The position numbers were made by a program, and so were the translations under genes. A DNA stretch of 64,000 nt from Desulfobacterales bacterium (lineage in GTDB: Bacteria; Desulfobacterota; Desulfobacteria; Desulfobacterales; UBA5852). Position 1 is the stretch's first letter. Every line of letters starts with the position of its first letter. The DNA is taken from NCBI GenBank assembly GCA_963674755.2, contig CAXXVS010000002.1, positions 320,001 to 384,000 of the forward strand. The letters run 5' to 3'. The notes below the pieces were generated by a model. It saw nothing but the letters and a program-made list of their open reading frames with translations. It did not search any database and was not told the DNA's origin. Positions 29,452 to 38,523 of this stretch are shown one piece after another.

Positions 29452-31287
29452 TCATCGCAGCAGCGGGTCCTGTCCTTTGAGCCGGACAGCGAAGTCGTCG
29501 AAATAGACAGTGGACGCATCCGCCGGTCCCAAGCCCATGGCGTGCAGGCCCAACTCGGACGGCCAGTCGTTGGCATCGGCAGGGTACCCTTCGGTCGTGA
29601 AGGCATCGGTCAGGATAACGGCTTCCGATTCCCATTCGGCCGCCCGTCCGGTTTTTTCGATCCGGAATCCCATGACCGGGGAGGGGGAACTGGTTACGAA
29701 GGTCCAGTCAATTTGGAAAACGCTGCCGCCCAACAGACTGAAATTGTCGTTCGTGGCGCGGAAGTCGGTGCGGTCAAAGACCGGCCAGTTGATAAACGAG
29801 CTCAAGGGGGCCAGACGCGGATTCGGCCCCCGTCGGTTGTCCAGCATGAAGTCCGGCGCAGCGCCGCTGCGGCTGCCCCCGCCGTTGCAAAGGTAAGGCG
29901 TTGCAACGAAGACCTTGATGGCATTGACCCGTTCGCCGGCGCTGAAGGCGCCACCGGCTTCGGACGGGCGCGCGGCCCGCTCGTCCAGGCGTACCAGGAG
30001 GGTCAACCAAGGTTGAAAATATTCCGTATTGCCCTGCAGCAGGCAATAGTCGAGGGGCAGTTCGGCGTAGGCCAGGACTTCCCGTTCCTCCGGCCACAGG
30101 GTCAGGGTCGGACCGGAAGGGGGAATCCGATATTGCCACAAGGAGGTTATCAGACCGTCGCCGTTTGTGTCCCGCTGGGTCCAGAGGATGATATAGGGGG
30201 TGACGGCGTCCTCCACCGGAACCAGCTGATCCGGCAGAGTGGTGCCGTGCCGCCCCCGGACAATCGACACCCCCAGCAGATTGCCGCCATTGGCCGGGGT
30301 GTCATCCAGACGGAGAGAAAGCCCGCTCAGGTAGTCGGTGGCGTTGGGGATGACCGCCGTCTTCACCTGGAGGTCGTAACTCAGACTGTGCAGGTCGTGG
30401 GGGATTCCGTCGTACACGGTAGCGTTCCAGTAGTCGAAAAAGGGGATCGCACTCCCCCCGTTGGCGGTCCGCCAGTCGAAAGCCCCGAAGACGCGGGGCT
30501 GGGACAATTCGAGGGGCAGTGTCACGGTGTCGTCGGTCACGCCGGCGCCGATCAGGATAGTCCGGGCATCCTCCAGGGCGACTACCACCGCAGACCAGTA
30601 GCGGACATAAAAATCGTTTCTGAACCATTCCAACGAGAAGGGATCGGCATCGTTGCGCCGGCTTGTATAATCATCGCGGATGGCGGCGGCATCGTCGATG
30701 GCGGTTTGAAGGGAAACCGCACGGCCGTCCCCGGGCAATGATAAGGATTCGCCCACCGTACCCAGGGCGGCGTTGCCGTCGACCGTGGCGGTTGCAAGAC
30801 TTCCGGGGGAGAGGACGTCGGGACGCCAGTTGCCCGTATCCTCCATGGTATCGACCCAGTCCGGAGTTCCACCAGACCCGCGTGCCACCAGCCTGTAGCG
30901 GGTTTCGCCGAATGGTCCGGAGACGATGCCGGTGGAGGTCAAACGCTCCGGGAGGCCTTCCACGTCCAGTACGAAGCGATCGCCGTTGGCGAGACGATAG
31001 GTTTGCGGCAAATCCGGCTTGACCGCCTGGGCGTCGTAATAGGTTAGCCCGGAATAGGCCAGATAGTAGGCCTTCTGCTGACTGGCGGCGGTGAGGAAGC
31101 CATGGCTGGAGGAGGCGGTCATGTAGACCATGGCCGCACCGAGAACGGCCATGACGGTCAGGGTCAGGATCAGGCTGATCAGCAGCGCGCCGCGGTTGTT
31201 GTCGAGCCGGGACAGGCGACAACCCGGCGGATTGCCGATCCGGCTTTTCCAAGGAGACATCACGGTATCGAGGTGGTGGTCAGTCAT
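29452..31287 (-). CDS. Large PilX/GspK-like pilin with extended C-terminal domain (putative tip adhesin)
   Basis: RGALLISLILTLTVMAVLGAAM prepilin-like helix lacking Glu5, then AYYLAYSG; internal DTNGDG; ends YFDDFAVRL. ATG at 31287 overlaps the upstream stop. Confidence 0.75.
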   Translation of the reverse strand: MTDHHLDTVMSPWKSRIGNPPGCRLSRLDNNRGALLISLILTLTVMAVLGAAMVYMTASSSHGFLTAASQQKAYYLAYSGLTYYDAQAVKPDLPQTYRLANGDRFVLDVEGLPERLTSTGIVSGPFGETRYRLVARGSGGTPDWVDTMEDTGNWRPDVLSPGSLATATVDGNAALGTVGESLSLPGDGRAVSLQTAIDDAAAIRDDYTSRRNDADPFSLEWFRNDFYVRYWSAVVVALEDARTILIGAGVTDDTVTLPLELSQPRVFGAFDWRTANGGSAIPFFDYWNATVYDGIPHDLHSLSYDLQVKTAVIPNATDYLSGLSLRLDDTPANGGNLLGVSIVRGRHGTTLPDQLVPVEDAVTPYIILWTQRDTNGDGLITSLWQYRIPPSGPTLTLWPEEREVLAYAELPLDYCLLQGNTEYFQPWLTLLVRLDERAARPSEAGGAFSAGERVNAIKVFVATPYLCNGGGSRSGAAPDFMLDNRRGPNPRLAPLSSFINWPVFDRTDFRATNDNFSLLGGSVFQIDWTFVTSSPSPVMGFRIEKTGRAAEWESEAVILTDAFTTEGYPADANDWPSELGLHAMGLGPADASTVYFDDFAVRLKGQDPLLR

Positions 31288-31882
31288 GCTTCCCCAGGAA
31301 AATCGTGGAGGACAATTGATCATACTGGGTCCCCTGGACCTGCAGATGCACGCGCAACGCCGCCTGACGAGCCGGGTCGGCGAAGGCCGCCGCCCATTCC
31401 GGTGTGCGTGAGGCTGCCACAACCAGATGGCCGCCGGTGTCATAATAAAGGTAGTCGATCGCAAAGGCGGTGACCTCGTCCACGAGGGGTTCCGTCTGGA
31501 TACCCCCGGCGCAGTCATGGCAGCTCAGCAGGAGATCGTCCCCGGCAGTGCCATTCCAGGAAATCGAAAAAGAGCGGATGGTGTCAAAGGCCTCATCGGC
31601 ATGAAAGCTGTCGAAGCGGATGGAGAGGCCACTGCCCGCCGACACATCCGTGATATTGTTGAATTCCTTTTCCATGCGCGCCATGGCCAGCTGGGTTTTC
31701 TGTGCCATTTCGGCCGCGGTGCGCGACAAGGCGAACCCCTCCGTGATCTGGACCAGGCCGATGCCGGCAATGGCCGCCAGAATCGCCACAATGGCCAGGC
31801 TGGCGATCATTTCGATCAGGGTAAAACCGTCCTGCCGTCCCTGGGGCCGGGAGTACGCATCGGCCTGCTTAAAAGGTCTCAT
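31280..31882 (-). CDS. Minor pilin (PilW/MshO-like)
   Basis: G|FTLIEMIASLAIVAILAAIAG type III signal; ARMEKE. Confidence 0.85.
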   Translation of the reverse strand: MRPFKQADAYSRPQGRQDGFTLIEMIASLAIVAILAAIAGIGLVQITEGFALSRTAAEMAQKTQLAMARMEKEFNNITDVSAGSGLSIRFDSFHADEAFDTIRSFSISWNGTAGDDLLLSCHDCAGGIQTEPLVDEVTAFAIDYLYYDTGGHLVVAASRTPEWAAAFADPARQAALRVHLQVQGTQYDQLSSTIFLGKHD

Positions 31883-31899
31883 GGTGGCCGTTGCCTCCC

Positions 31900-32340
31900 T
31901 TAGCGTATCAGCAGGAAGGTCAGCGTGTCATCACCCGTCCCGGCGATGATCACTTTGAGGATGTTGTCCGGCGGCGTCCCATAAACGTCTGAGGCTTCGT
32001 TGCCGGCGGCGTCGAATTGAATGAAGTCGTTGAAAAGCACGCGATAGTCTCCATAGCCGTTGCTTTGGGTCGTGCCCGCCGAGCCGATGGTGTTCTGAAA
32101 ATCACTCCAGGTGCCGCTGTCGGAGGGGGCGGTCTGGCGAAAGGCGCCGATCATACTGTCTGCCACCGTTTGCAGGGCGGTCTCAGACGCCAGGCGCTTC
32201 ATGGGCGTGCTGCTGTGCGTGACAGCACTGCCCAGGTATTGCATCATGATGCTGCCCAGAATAAGGGCCACCAGCAAGGTGATGATGACCTCCACCAAGG
32301 TGAAACCGTTGCGGTTCGTGGTGTCATGGGGGGCCGTCAT
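31900..32340 (-). CDS. Minor pilin (PilV/MshD-like)
   Basis: G|FTLVEVIITLLVALILG. Confidence 0.85.
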   Translation of the reverse strand: MTAPHDTTNRNGFTLVEVIITLLVALILGSIMMQYLGSAVTHSSTPMKRLASETALQTVADSMIGAFRQTAPSDSGTWSDFQNTIGSAGTTQSNGYGDYRVLFNDFIQFDAAGNEASDVYGTPPDNILKVIIAGTGDDTLTFLLIR

Positions 32341-32801
32341 GGGATAAATCCCGTCAATCGTGTAACGATGATGGATTCGGTACCGATCGTGATGGTGACG
32401 TTATCCGGGCCCGGGCTTCCCCACTCATCAAACAAAACGGTGCCGATGCCTCCCGTGATGGTTACAGTGCTTGGCAGATTGTGGGTGGAGGAAGTGTCGT
32501 TGGGCAGCGGGATGCCGGCCGGTGAACCATTCAGCAAAAGCGTATAGGAATGGGGTGTGAAGGTGATCCCCCAGCGCTCTGTATTGTTGCCCATGGCCAA
32601 CGACTGGGCAAATCGCAGGTGCGAACGGACGATGGCCGCCTGGGCGTAAGCATTCCGTTCGATCGAAGGGGTTCGGGTGAGAATCTCGGTCATGATGACA
32701 GCCAATACCAAAAGAACGGCCAGGATCTCAATCATGGTGAAGCCATCGGGACAACCAGCTACGGCTGTTCGTTCAGCTGCGCTCGGGGATGTCTTGTGCA
32801 T
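32337..32801 (-). CDS. Minor pilin (FimT/MshC-like)
   Basis: G|FTMIEILAVLLVLAVI; SHLRFAQSLAM; FDEWGSP; C-terminal TGFI. Confidence 0.85.
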   Translation of the reverse strand: MHKTSPSAAERTAVAGCPDGFTMIEILAVLLVLAVIMTEILTRTPSIERNAYAQAAIVRSHLRFAQSLAMGNNTERWGITFTPHSYTLLLNGSPAGIPLPNDTSSTHNLPSTVTITGGIGTVLFDEWGSPGPDNVTITIGTESIIVTRLTGFIP

Positions 32802-33014
32802 CCGGTTTTCGCCTACGTCGTGAATCAATGGGAATCCCAATGGCGGCCTCGGGGGTAATGGACTTGATGCCATACCAGCTGTCATAGCGATATATGGATC
32901 CTATCATTGATGTACTGACTTTTCCAGACATGCGTGGCAGAACGGAAGACGGATTTGCGATCCGAGGCGTCGCGCAATTTCCATAGGGGGATGAGAACCA
33001 GCTGAGGTTCAGGC

Positions 33015-33392
33015 TTAGCGTGACCAACGCCCGGCCGACAGGGATGTGGAAGGGGTCCTGGTCAGCGCGGCTGTGGCGGATCCAAACCGAAGCGTCCCCC
33101 CGCCTGCTGTGGGGGCGGTGGGCCATTGGTAGCCCGAACCCAGGTCGACGTCCATCCGGCTGAAAGTGGCGGCATCGTTCGGCCAGCCCCCGTTCGACAG
33201 CACGAGGTTGGCCCACACAAGGCTTTCGCGCTGGTTCAGTTCAGCCACGCCGAGATCGAGGGAGCGTTGGTCGGCGCTGGCGGCGACATCGATAAAACGG
33301 GGTACGGCCACGGCCGCCAGGATACCCAAAATGACCAGAACGGCGATAATTTCAATCAAGGTAAAGCCCCTCGGGTTACCCAAGGGGCGCAT
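33015..33392 (-). CDS. MshA-like pilin, paralogue 2
   Basis: G|FTLIEIIAVLVILGILAAVAVPRFID; colinear with the upstream pilin; start uncertain. Confidence 0.88.
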   Translation of the reverse strand: MRPLGNPRGFTLIEIIAVLVILGILAAVAVPRFIDVAASADQRSLDLGVAELNQRESLVWANLVLSNGGWPNDAATFSRMDVDLGSGYQWPTAPTAGGGTLRFGSATAALTRTPSTSLSAGRWSR

Positions 33393-33528
33393 CAGGGGCT
33401 TGGATTCCAATTTGTGCGCAGAGCTTCCTTTTGGCTTGCAGCGACGCATCCCGGCAATCTTTGACGGCTCACCGCGGCTACCGGGAATACCTATCGATGC
33501 TGCGAACGGTTGGTTTGGCGATGATTCC

Positions 33529-33930
33529 CTATTGTCGCTGCCAACGGCCGGGAGACGTGCTGGTGGAGGCCGTGCGATCCAATACGGCGGTGGCGTTGGT
33601 GTTGTTGTCGTAGACCAGAGTTCCCCCCGTTGCAGTCGGTGCGCCGCCACTCCATGAATAGGGATCGCCCAGATCATAAATCTCCGTGCCGAAAACATCC
33701 GTATCAGCTGCCCATCCGCTGCTGGACAATTTAACATCTGCCCAGCGCAGCGTCTCCCGACCGTTCAACTCGGCAATGCCGGCATCCAGGGCCCGCTGCT
33801 GGGCATTGTCGGTCAAATCGATATAACGCGGCACGGCCACCGCTGCCAGAATGCCCAGAATGATCAGCACCGCAATGATTTCAATCAGGGTAAAGCCGGA
33901 CTGGTCCGCTAGTATTGATCGCCGTTTCAT
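33529..33930 (-). CDS. MshA-like pilin, paralogue 1 (probable major pilin)
   Basis: G|FTLIEIIAVLIILGILAAVAVPRYID; GGAGG RBS before ATG 33930 (alternative ATG 33945); first gene after the sigma-54 promoter. Confidence 0.9.
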   Translation of the reverse strand: MKRRSILADQSGFTLIEIIAVLIILGILAAVAVPRYIDLTDNAQQRALDAGIAELNGRETLRWADVKLSSSGWAADTDVFGTEIYDLGDPYSWSGGAPTATGGTLVYDNNTNATAVLDRTASTSTSPGRWQRQ

Positions 33931-34056
33931 GGTGTTGGCCTCCATGCCATCTCCTTGGAGTTGACTCCGTTATGGATGAATCTTCTCATTCCGCCATCCG
34001 TTCCCTATGCCGTCGGCAACTCCGCAGGTATGGCGCCTCAATCAGTGGCGAGTTAG

Positions 34057-34072
34057 AGCAAAATGTATACCG
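34057..34072 (-). promoter_or_regulatory. Sigma-54 (-24/-12) promoter for the pilin genes
   Basis: Minus strand reads CGGTATACATTTTGCT, i.e. GG-N10-GC with TTTGCT at -12; AT-rich tract upstream (~34120-34157); a bEBP gene is adjacent. Confidence 0.7.
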
Positions 34073-34205
34073 TCCGCGGTCATCCCGATGCAAAAATTGC
34101 GAAAGTTGCCGTTTGATCTGCTTAATATTTGAAATAATACCTCATTTTAAGTTATTTGGGCAGCGTGAATCAAGGCCGAACCTCCAAATATTGTAGCGGG
34201 ATCCA

Positions 34206-35546
34206 TCACCTTTTGTTGGGTTTAAGGGCCGTCACATCGATCTGGTACTTCTTGATGCGATGCCACAGGCTGCGTTGATTAATCCCCAGATCTTCGGCGG
34301 CTCTGACCTGGACGCCCTGGGTATGTTTTAGGGCGTCGATGATCAAGCTTTTTTCAATTTCCTTTAGTTTGTCATCGAGGGACAGGGGCGCGTCGTTCTG
34401 CCGATCCACCATAGGCGTGTGAGCGAATACCCGCGCCATGTTGTCCGGCAGATGGGCGACGTCGATATTCTGCCCCTGGCTGAGGACGGCCGCCCGCTCG
34501 ACCGTGTTCTGGAGTTCGCGGACATTGCCAGGCCAGGCGTAGCCGATCAGGCGCTGCAGGGCTTCGGAAGAAATACGGACCTCAGGTACAGTTTGTGCCA
34601 GAAAGTCGTCCACCAGCAGGGGGATGTCCTCCTTGCGTTCGCGCAAGGGGGGCAGCTGCAGCGCAAAGACATTGATACGGTAATAGAGATCCTCCCGGAA
34701 ACGGCCCTCGGCGACCATCTCGGCCAGATCCTGGTTGGTGGCGCAGATGATGCGGACATCCACCTGGACCGTCCGGGTACCCCCCACCCGGTCGAACTCT
34801 TTCTCCTGGAGGACCCGCAGGATTTTGGCCTGCAGTGCCAGGGGCATGTCTCCGATTTCATCGAGAAAGACGGTACCGCCATTGGCCAGTTCGAATTTGC
34901 CTGATTTGCGGGCCGTGGCGCCGGTAAAGGCCCCTTTCTCATGGCCGAACAACTCGCTTTCCAACAGGTCGGGGGGAATGGCGACGCAATTGAGCTTGAT
35001 GAAGGGGGCTTGTTTGCGCCGGCTGTTGCGATGGATGCTGGAGGCCACCAGCTCTTTGCCGGTGCCGCTTTCGCCGAGAATGAGCACCGTGGAATCCGTG
35101 GGCGCCACCATCTGGATCCGGCGCAGGAGTCCCCGCATGACACGGCTGTCGCCGATGATCTCGGGGAAGAGCTGGCGCGCATCCAGTTTGGTCAATACGT
35201 CTTCGACCCGCTCGAACACATTTTTAAAGTGTTTGATCTCATCCACTTGTTTGCGGCGGTATTGTTCGTCTTCCGGGCGCGATATCACCGGGATGTCATT
35301 GGCGCGTCGCACAAACTGTTTTACCGGCAGGAGCAGGAGGCGTGTCACCACAAGTCCGCAGAAAAAACTGGCCAGGGCAAAGAGCAGGGCCCACAAGTGC
35401 ACCTGCAAGCTGCCGTCCTGGCCCATGCGGTAATAGTGTTGGGCCACCACGAAGGTCAGCAGGGCCGACAAAAAGGCGATGCCGGCAAAAATGGCCGGGA
35501 CAATGACATACAGACTGATGTGATAGCGAATATCTTTGATGGCCAC
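34206..35546 (-). CDS. Membrane-anchored sigma-54 enhancer-binding protein (2 TM, HAMP-like, AAA+, Fis-type HTH)
   Basis: Two hydrophobic segments at the N-terminus and no receiver domain; GESGTGKE, ESELFGHEKGAFTGA, FLDEIG, FREDLYYR, WPGNVREL; C-terminal HTH. Confidence 0.92.
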   Translation of the reverse strand: MAIKDIRYHISLYVIVPAIFAGIAFLSALLTFVVAQHYYRMGQDGSLQVHLWALLFALASFFCGLVVTRLLLLPVKQFVRRANDIPVISRPEDEQYRRKQVDEIKHFKNVFERVEDVLTKLDARQLFPEIIGDSRVMRGLLRRIQMVAPTDSTVLILGESGTGKELVASSIHRNSRRKQAPFIKLNCVAIPPDLLESELFGHEKGAFTGATARKSGKFELANGGTVFLDEIGDMPLALQAKILRVLQEKEFDRVGGTRTVQVDVRIICATNQDLAEMVAEGRFREDLYYRINVFALQLPPLRERKEDIPLLVDDFLAQTVPEVRISSEALQRLIGYAWPGNVRELQNTVERAAVLSQGQNIDVAHLPDNMARVFAHTPMVDRQNDAPLSLDDKLKEIEKSLIIDALKHTQGVQVRAAEDLGINQRSLWHRIKKYQIDVTALKPNKR

Positions 35547-35564
35547 GATGATCTCATTTCCGGT

Positions 35565-36785
35565 TTAATGATACATTTTCGTGAGATCCGCAATCGGCAG
35601 AAAAATGGCCACGGCAAAGAAGCCCACCATGACCGCCAGCGAGATGATCAGAATCGGACCGATGGCGTTGGTCATTTTTTTGATGGCATATTCCAGTTCC
35701 TCGTCATAATGCGCGGCGACTTCCTCCATCATCTCTTCCAGATTGCCGGATTCTTCGCCCACCGCCACCATGTTGACCACCATGGGGGTGAAATAGCGGG
35801 CCTTGCGAAGGGGAGCCGCGATGCCGCGTCCTTCTTCGAGCATTTCCCGGATGCGGTCGAATTCCCGGGAGATGGCCGCATTGCCGATGGTATCGGACAG
35901 GATGGTCATGGATTCCAGGATGGCGATCCCGCTGGACTGCAGGATGCTGAAAATCGATGAAAACCGCGACATGGCCGATTTGACCACCACCGGCCCGATG
36001 ATCGGCGTTTTGATCAGCAGATAGTCCCGTATATACCGTCCTTGAGCGGTGCGCAGATAAGCGTAGCCGGCCACCAAGGCCAGCAAAAAAGCAGCGATCA
36101 GAAGGCCGCCATAGATGGTTAAAAACTGATACAATTGCATGGCAATCTGGGTCGGCAGGGGAAGGGCCACCCCGCTCCTGGAGAGGATGGTGACAAATTT
36201 GGGCAAGACGACGCCCAGGAGAATGAAAAAGGCCACCACCAGCATCCCCAGCACGAAGACCGGATAAAACATGGCGGAGCGGATATCGGAGCGCACTTTC
36301 TGTTCGTGCGCCAGAATATATTTCAGTCGCTCCATGACTTGGGGCAGGGAGCCGCTGACTTCGCCGGCATGGATCATGGCGCAGTAGAGCGGCGAGAAGA
36401 CCGCCGCGTGCTGCCGGAAAGCGTCGTAGAGCCGGGCGCCTTCCTTGATGCTTTGCCGCATGGCGGCAATCACTTTCTCCAACCGCGGATTTTCCGTTTG
36501 CGCGATGAGGATGTCCAGCATGACCATCATCGGTACCCCGGCCCGGAAGAGCGTGCTGAACTGCTTGGTGAACAAAATCAGATCCGCGGTCGGGATATGG
36601 TTGAACCAGTGCTGCAGCGCGGGCAGCCGCGGACCCTGCCAGCCGTGGCTGCGTTCCTGCACACGGGAGGGCAAAAAACCGCGTCCGTTGAGCAGCTCGG
36701 CGGCCGCCTCGGCGGATTCGGCCTCCACAAAGCCTCTGAGGGTTTCCCCCTTTTCGTTGATGGCTTGATAGGCGTAAGTCGGCAT
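35565..36785 (-). CDS. pilC: Type IV pilus inner-membrane platform protein (PilC/GspF/MshG)
   Basis: FTKQFSTLFRAGVP, AGEVSGSL, SAMFYP, VGEESGNL, FLPI. Confidence 0.92.
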   Translation of the reverse strand: MPTYAYQAINEKGETLRGFVEAESAEAAAELLNGRGFLPSRVQERSHGWQGPRLPALQHWFNHIPTADLILFTKQFSTLFRAGVPMMVMLDILIAQTENPRLEKVIAAMRQSIKEGARLYDAFRQHAAVFSPLYCAMIHAGEVSGSLPQVMERLKYILAHEQKVRSDIRSAMFYPVFVLGMLVVAFFILLGVVLPKFVTILSRSGVALPLPTQIAMQLYQFLTIYGGLLIAAFLLALVAGYAYLRTAQGRYIRDYLLIKTPIIGPVVVKSAMSRFSSIFSILQSSGIAILESMTILSDTIGNAAISREFDRIREMLEEGRGIAAPLRKARYFTPMVVNMVAVGEESGNLEEMMEEVAAHYDEELEYAIKKMTNAIGPILIISLAVMVGFFAVAIFLPIADLTKMYH

Positions 36786-36793
36786 GGGCTATC

Positions 36794-38503
36794 CTAAACC
36801 ATCACGGCCGAGGCCGCCTCTTCCATTGTGGTGATTCCGCGTACCACCTTTTCAAAGGCATCTTCCCTGAGAAGCCGCAGGTGACCGGCTTGGTGGGCGT
36901 GGCGCGTGATGTCGTGGGAGGCGCTGCTTTTGACGATCATATCCCGGATGATGTCATCGATTAAAAGGATTTCGTAAATGCCGATGCGTCCCCGGTAGCC
37001 GGTATCCTGGCAGTGAAAGCAGCCCCGCCCCTTAACGAAGCGGGCATCCTCGGGCGGGTTCAAACCCCAGAAGGCAAGCGCCTCCGCCGAGGGGCGCACG
37101 GGTTCGCTGCAATTGGGGCAGACCCGTCGCACCAGCCGCTGGGCAAATGAGACGAGCATCACCGAGGCTACCAGAAACGGTTCGATGCCCATATCCACGA
37201 AACGGGTGATGGCGCCGGCCGCATCGTTGGTGTGGACCGTGCTCAGGACCCGGTGGCCGGTAAGCGCCGCCTGCACGGCGATGTTGGCCGTCTCGCGGTC
37301 GCGAATCTCACCCACCATGATGACATCGGGGTCCTGGCGCAAAATGGAGCGCAACCCGCTGGCAAAGGTCATCCCGGCCTTGCGGTTCAATTGGACCTGG
37401 CGGATTTTTTCAATGCGGTATTCCACCGGATCTTCGACTGTCAGAATGTTGATGTCCGGCTGGTTGATCTTTTTCAGAATGGAATAGAGACTGGTACTCT
37501 TGCCGCTTCCGGTGGGGCCGGTGCTGAGAATCATACCGTAGGGTTTGAAGATGACCGCCTCGATCTTGCGGCGATCCTCGTCCGCCATCCCCAGGGTTTC
37601 CAGAGTGTGGATGCCGGAACTGGTGTCCAGCAGACGCAGTACCAGATTTTCGCCATAGATCGTGGGGATGGTCGACGCCCGGATGTTGATTTCCTTGTTG
37701 TTCAGCTTGACGGTAAAACGGCCGTCCTGGGGAACCCGGGAGGTGGCGATATCCATATTGGCCAGAATCTTTAAGCGGGAGATGATGTGCAGCAGCATGG
37801 ACTTCGGGGGGGCGGGCACATTGTGCAATTTGCCGTCCACCCGGAAACGGACCTGGACCGAATCCTTCTCGGGACTGATGTGGACATCACTGGCCCCCTC
37901 GCGCACGGCCTGGGACAGAATCGAGTTGACCAGCCGGACCACGGGCGCCTCTTCAGCCATATCCTGCAGGGAGCTGACCTCCACATCTTCCATGGAGATG
38001 GCGGTCTCGGAGGTGGCCTCCGTGTCGTACTGCATTTCCTCCATGTCCTCCAGCACATCACCGATGACGGTGTAAGTGCCATAGAGGCTGCTCATGATCT
38101 GATTGAGTTCCTGCTCGGTGCAGATAATGGCTTCGGCTTCCATCCCGGTGGCGTCTTCGAGGACATCCAGGGCTTCGATGTCGAGGGGATCCGTCATGGC
38201 AATCGTGAGCAGGCGGTTTTCGCGTCGGATGGGCACCATCTGGTGCTTCTGGGCGGTTTCCGCCGGAAAGGTGCCGGCCAGGGTGATATCGATGGGATAG
38301 CGCGCAGCGTCGTACTTGGCGATGCGCAGCTGGCGAGAAATCAGATCGACGATCTGGGACTCGCTGACCACACCTTCCCGGATCAGGTACTGCCCGAGGC
38401 GCAGTTTGCTTTTGCTTTGGTTGAGAACGGCCTGGTTCAGCTGGAATTCGGTCATCAGGCCTGCTTCCACCAGCATTGAGCCGAGTTTTTTTCTGTCGCG
38501 CAC
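36794..38503 (-). CDS. pilB: Type IV pilus extension ATPase (PilB/MshE) with MshEN N-terminus
   Basis: ASDVH, PQDGRF, TGPTGSGKSTS, EDPVEY, LRQDPD, GH...HTN, CPNC..CFHC zinc site, GYRGR. Confidence 0.93.
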   Translation of the reverse strand: MRDRKKLGSMLVEAGLMTEFQLNQAVLNQSKSKLRLGQYLIREGVVSESQIVDLISRQLRIAKYDAARYPIDITLAGTFPAETAQKHQMVPIRRENRLLTIAMTDPLDIEALDVLEDATGMEAEAIICTEQELNQIMSSLYGTYTVIGDVLEDMEEMQYDTEATSETAISMEDVEVSSLQDMAEEAPVVRLVNSILSQAVREGASDVHISPEKDSVQVRFRVDGKLHNVPAPPKSMLLHIISRLKILANMDIATSRVPQDGRFTVKLNNKEINIRASTIPTIYGENLVLRLLDTSSGIHTLETLGMADEDRRKIEAVIFKPYGMILSTGPTGSGKSTSLYSILKKINQPDINILTVEDPVEYRIEKIRQVQLNRKAGMTFASGLRSILRQDPDVIMVGEIRDRETANIAVQAALTGHRVLSTVHTNDAAGAITRFVDMGIEPFLVASVMLVSFAQRLVRRVCPNCSEPVRPSAEALAFWGLNPPEDARFVKGRGCFHCQDTGYRGRIGIYEILLIDDIIRDMIVKSSASHDITRHAHQAGHLRLLREDAFEKVVRGITTMEEAASAVMV

Positions 38504-38523
38504 GCCTTCAGGCTCCTCTCAAG

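Noticed and set aside
31288..31518. N-terminal extension of the 688-aa ORF (also the extensions of the dapB, pilT and 33015-33737 ORFs)
   Set aside because: They overlap upstream genes; internal starts with an RBS or stop/start coupling fit better.
33015..33930. Pilins as Geobacter-type short conductive e-pilins
   Set aside because: The mature pilins are ~115-120 aa with a globular domain, and no cytochrome genes are nearby.
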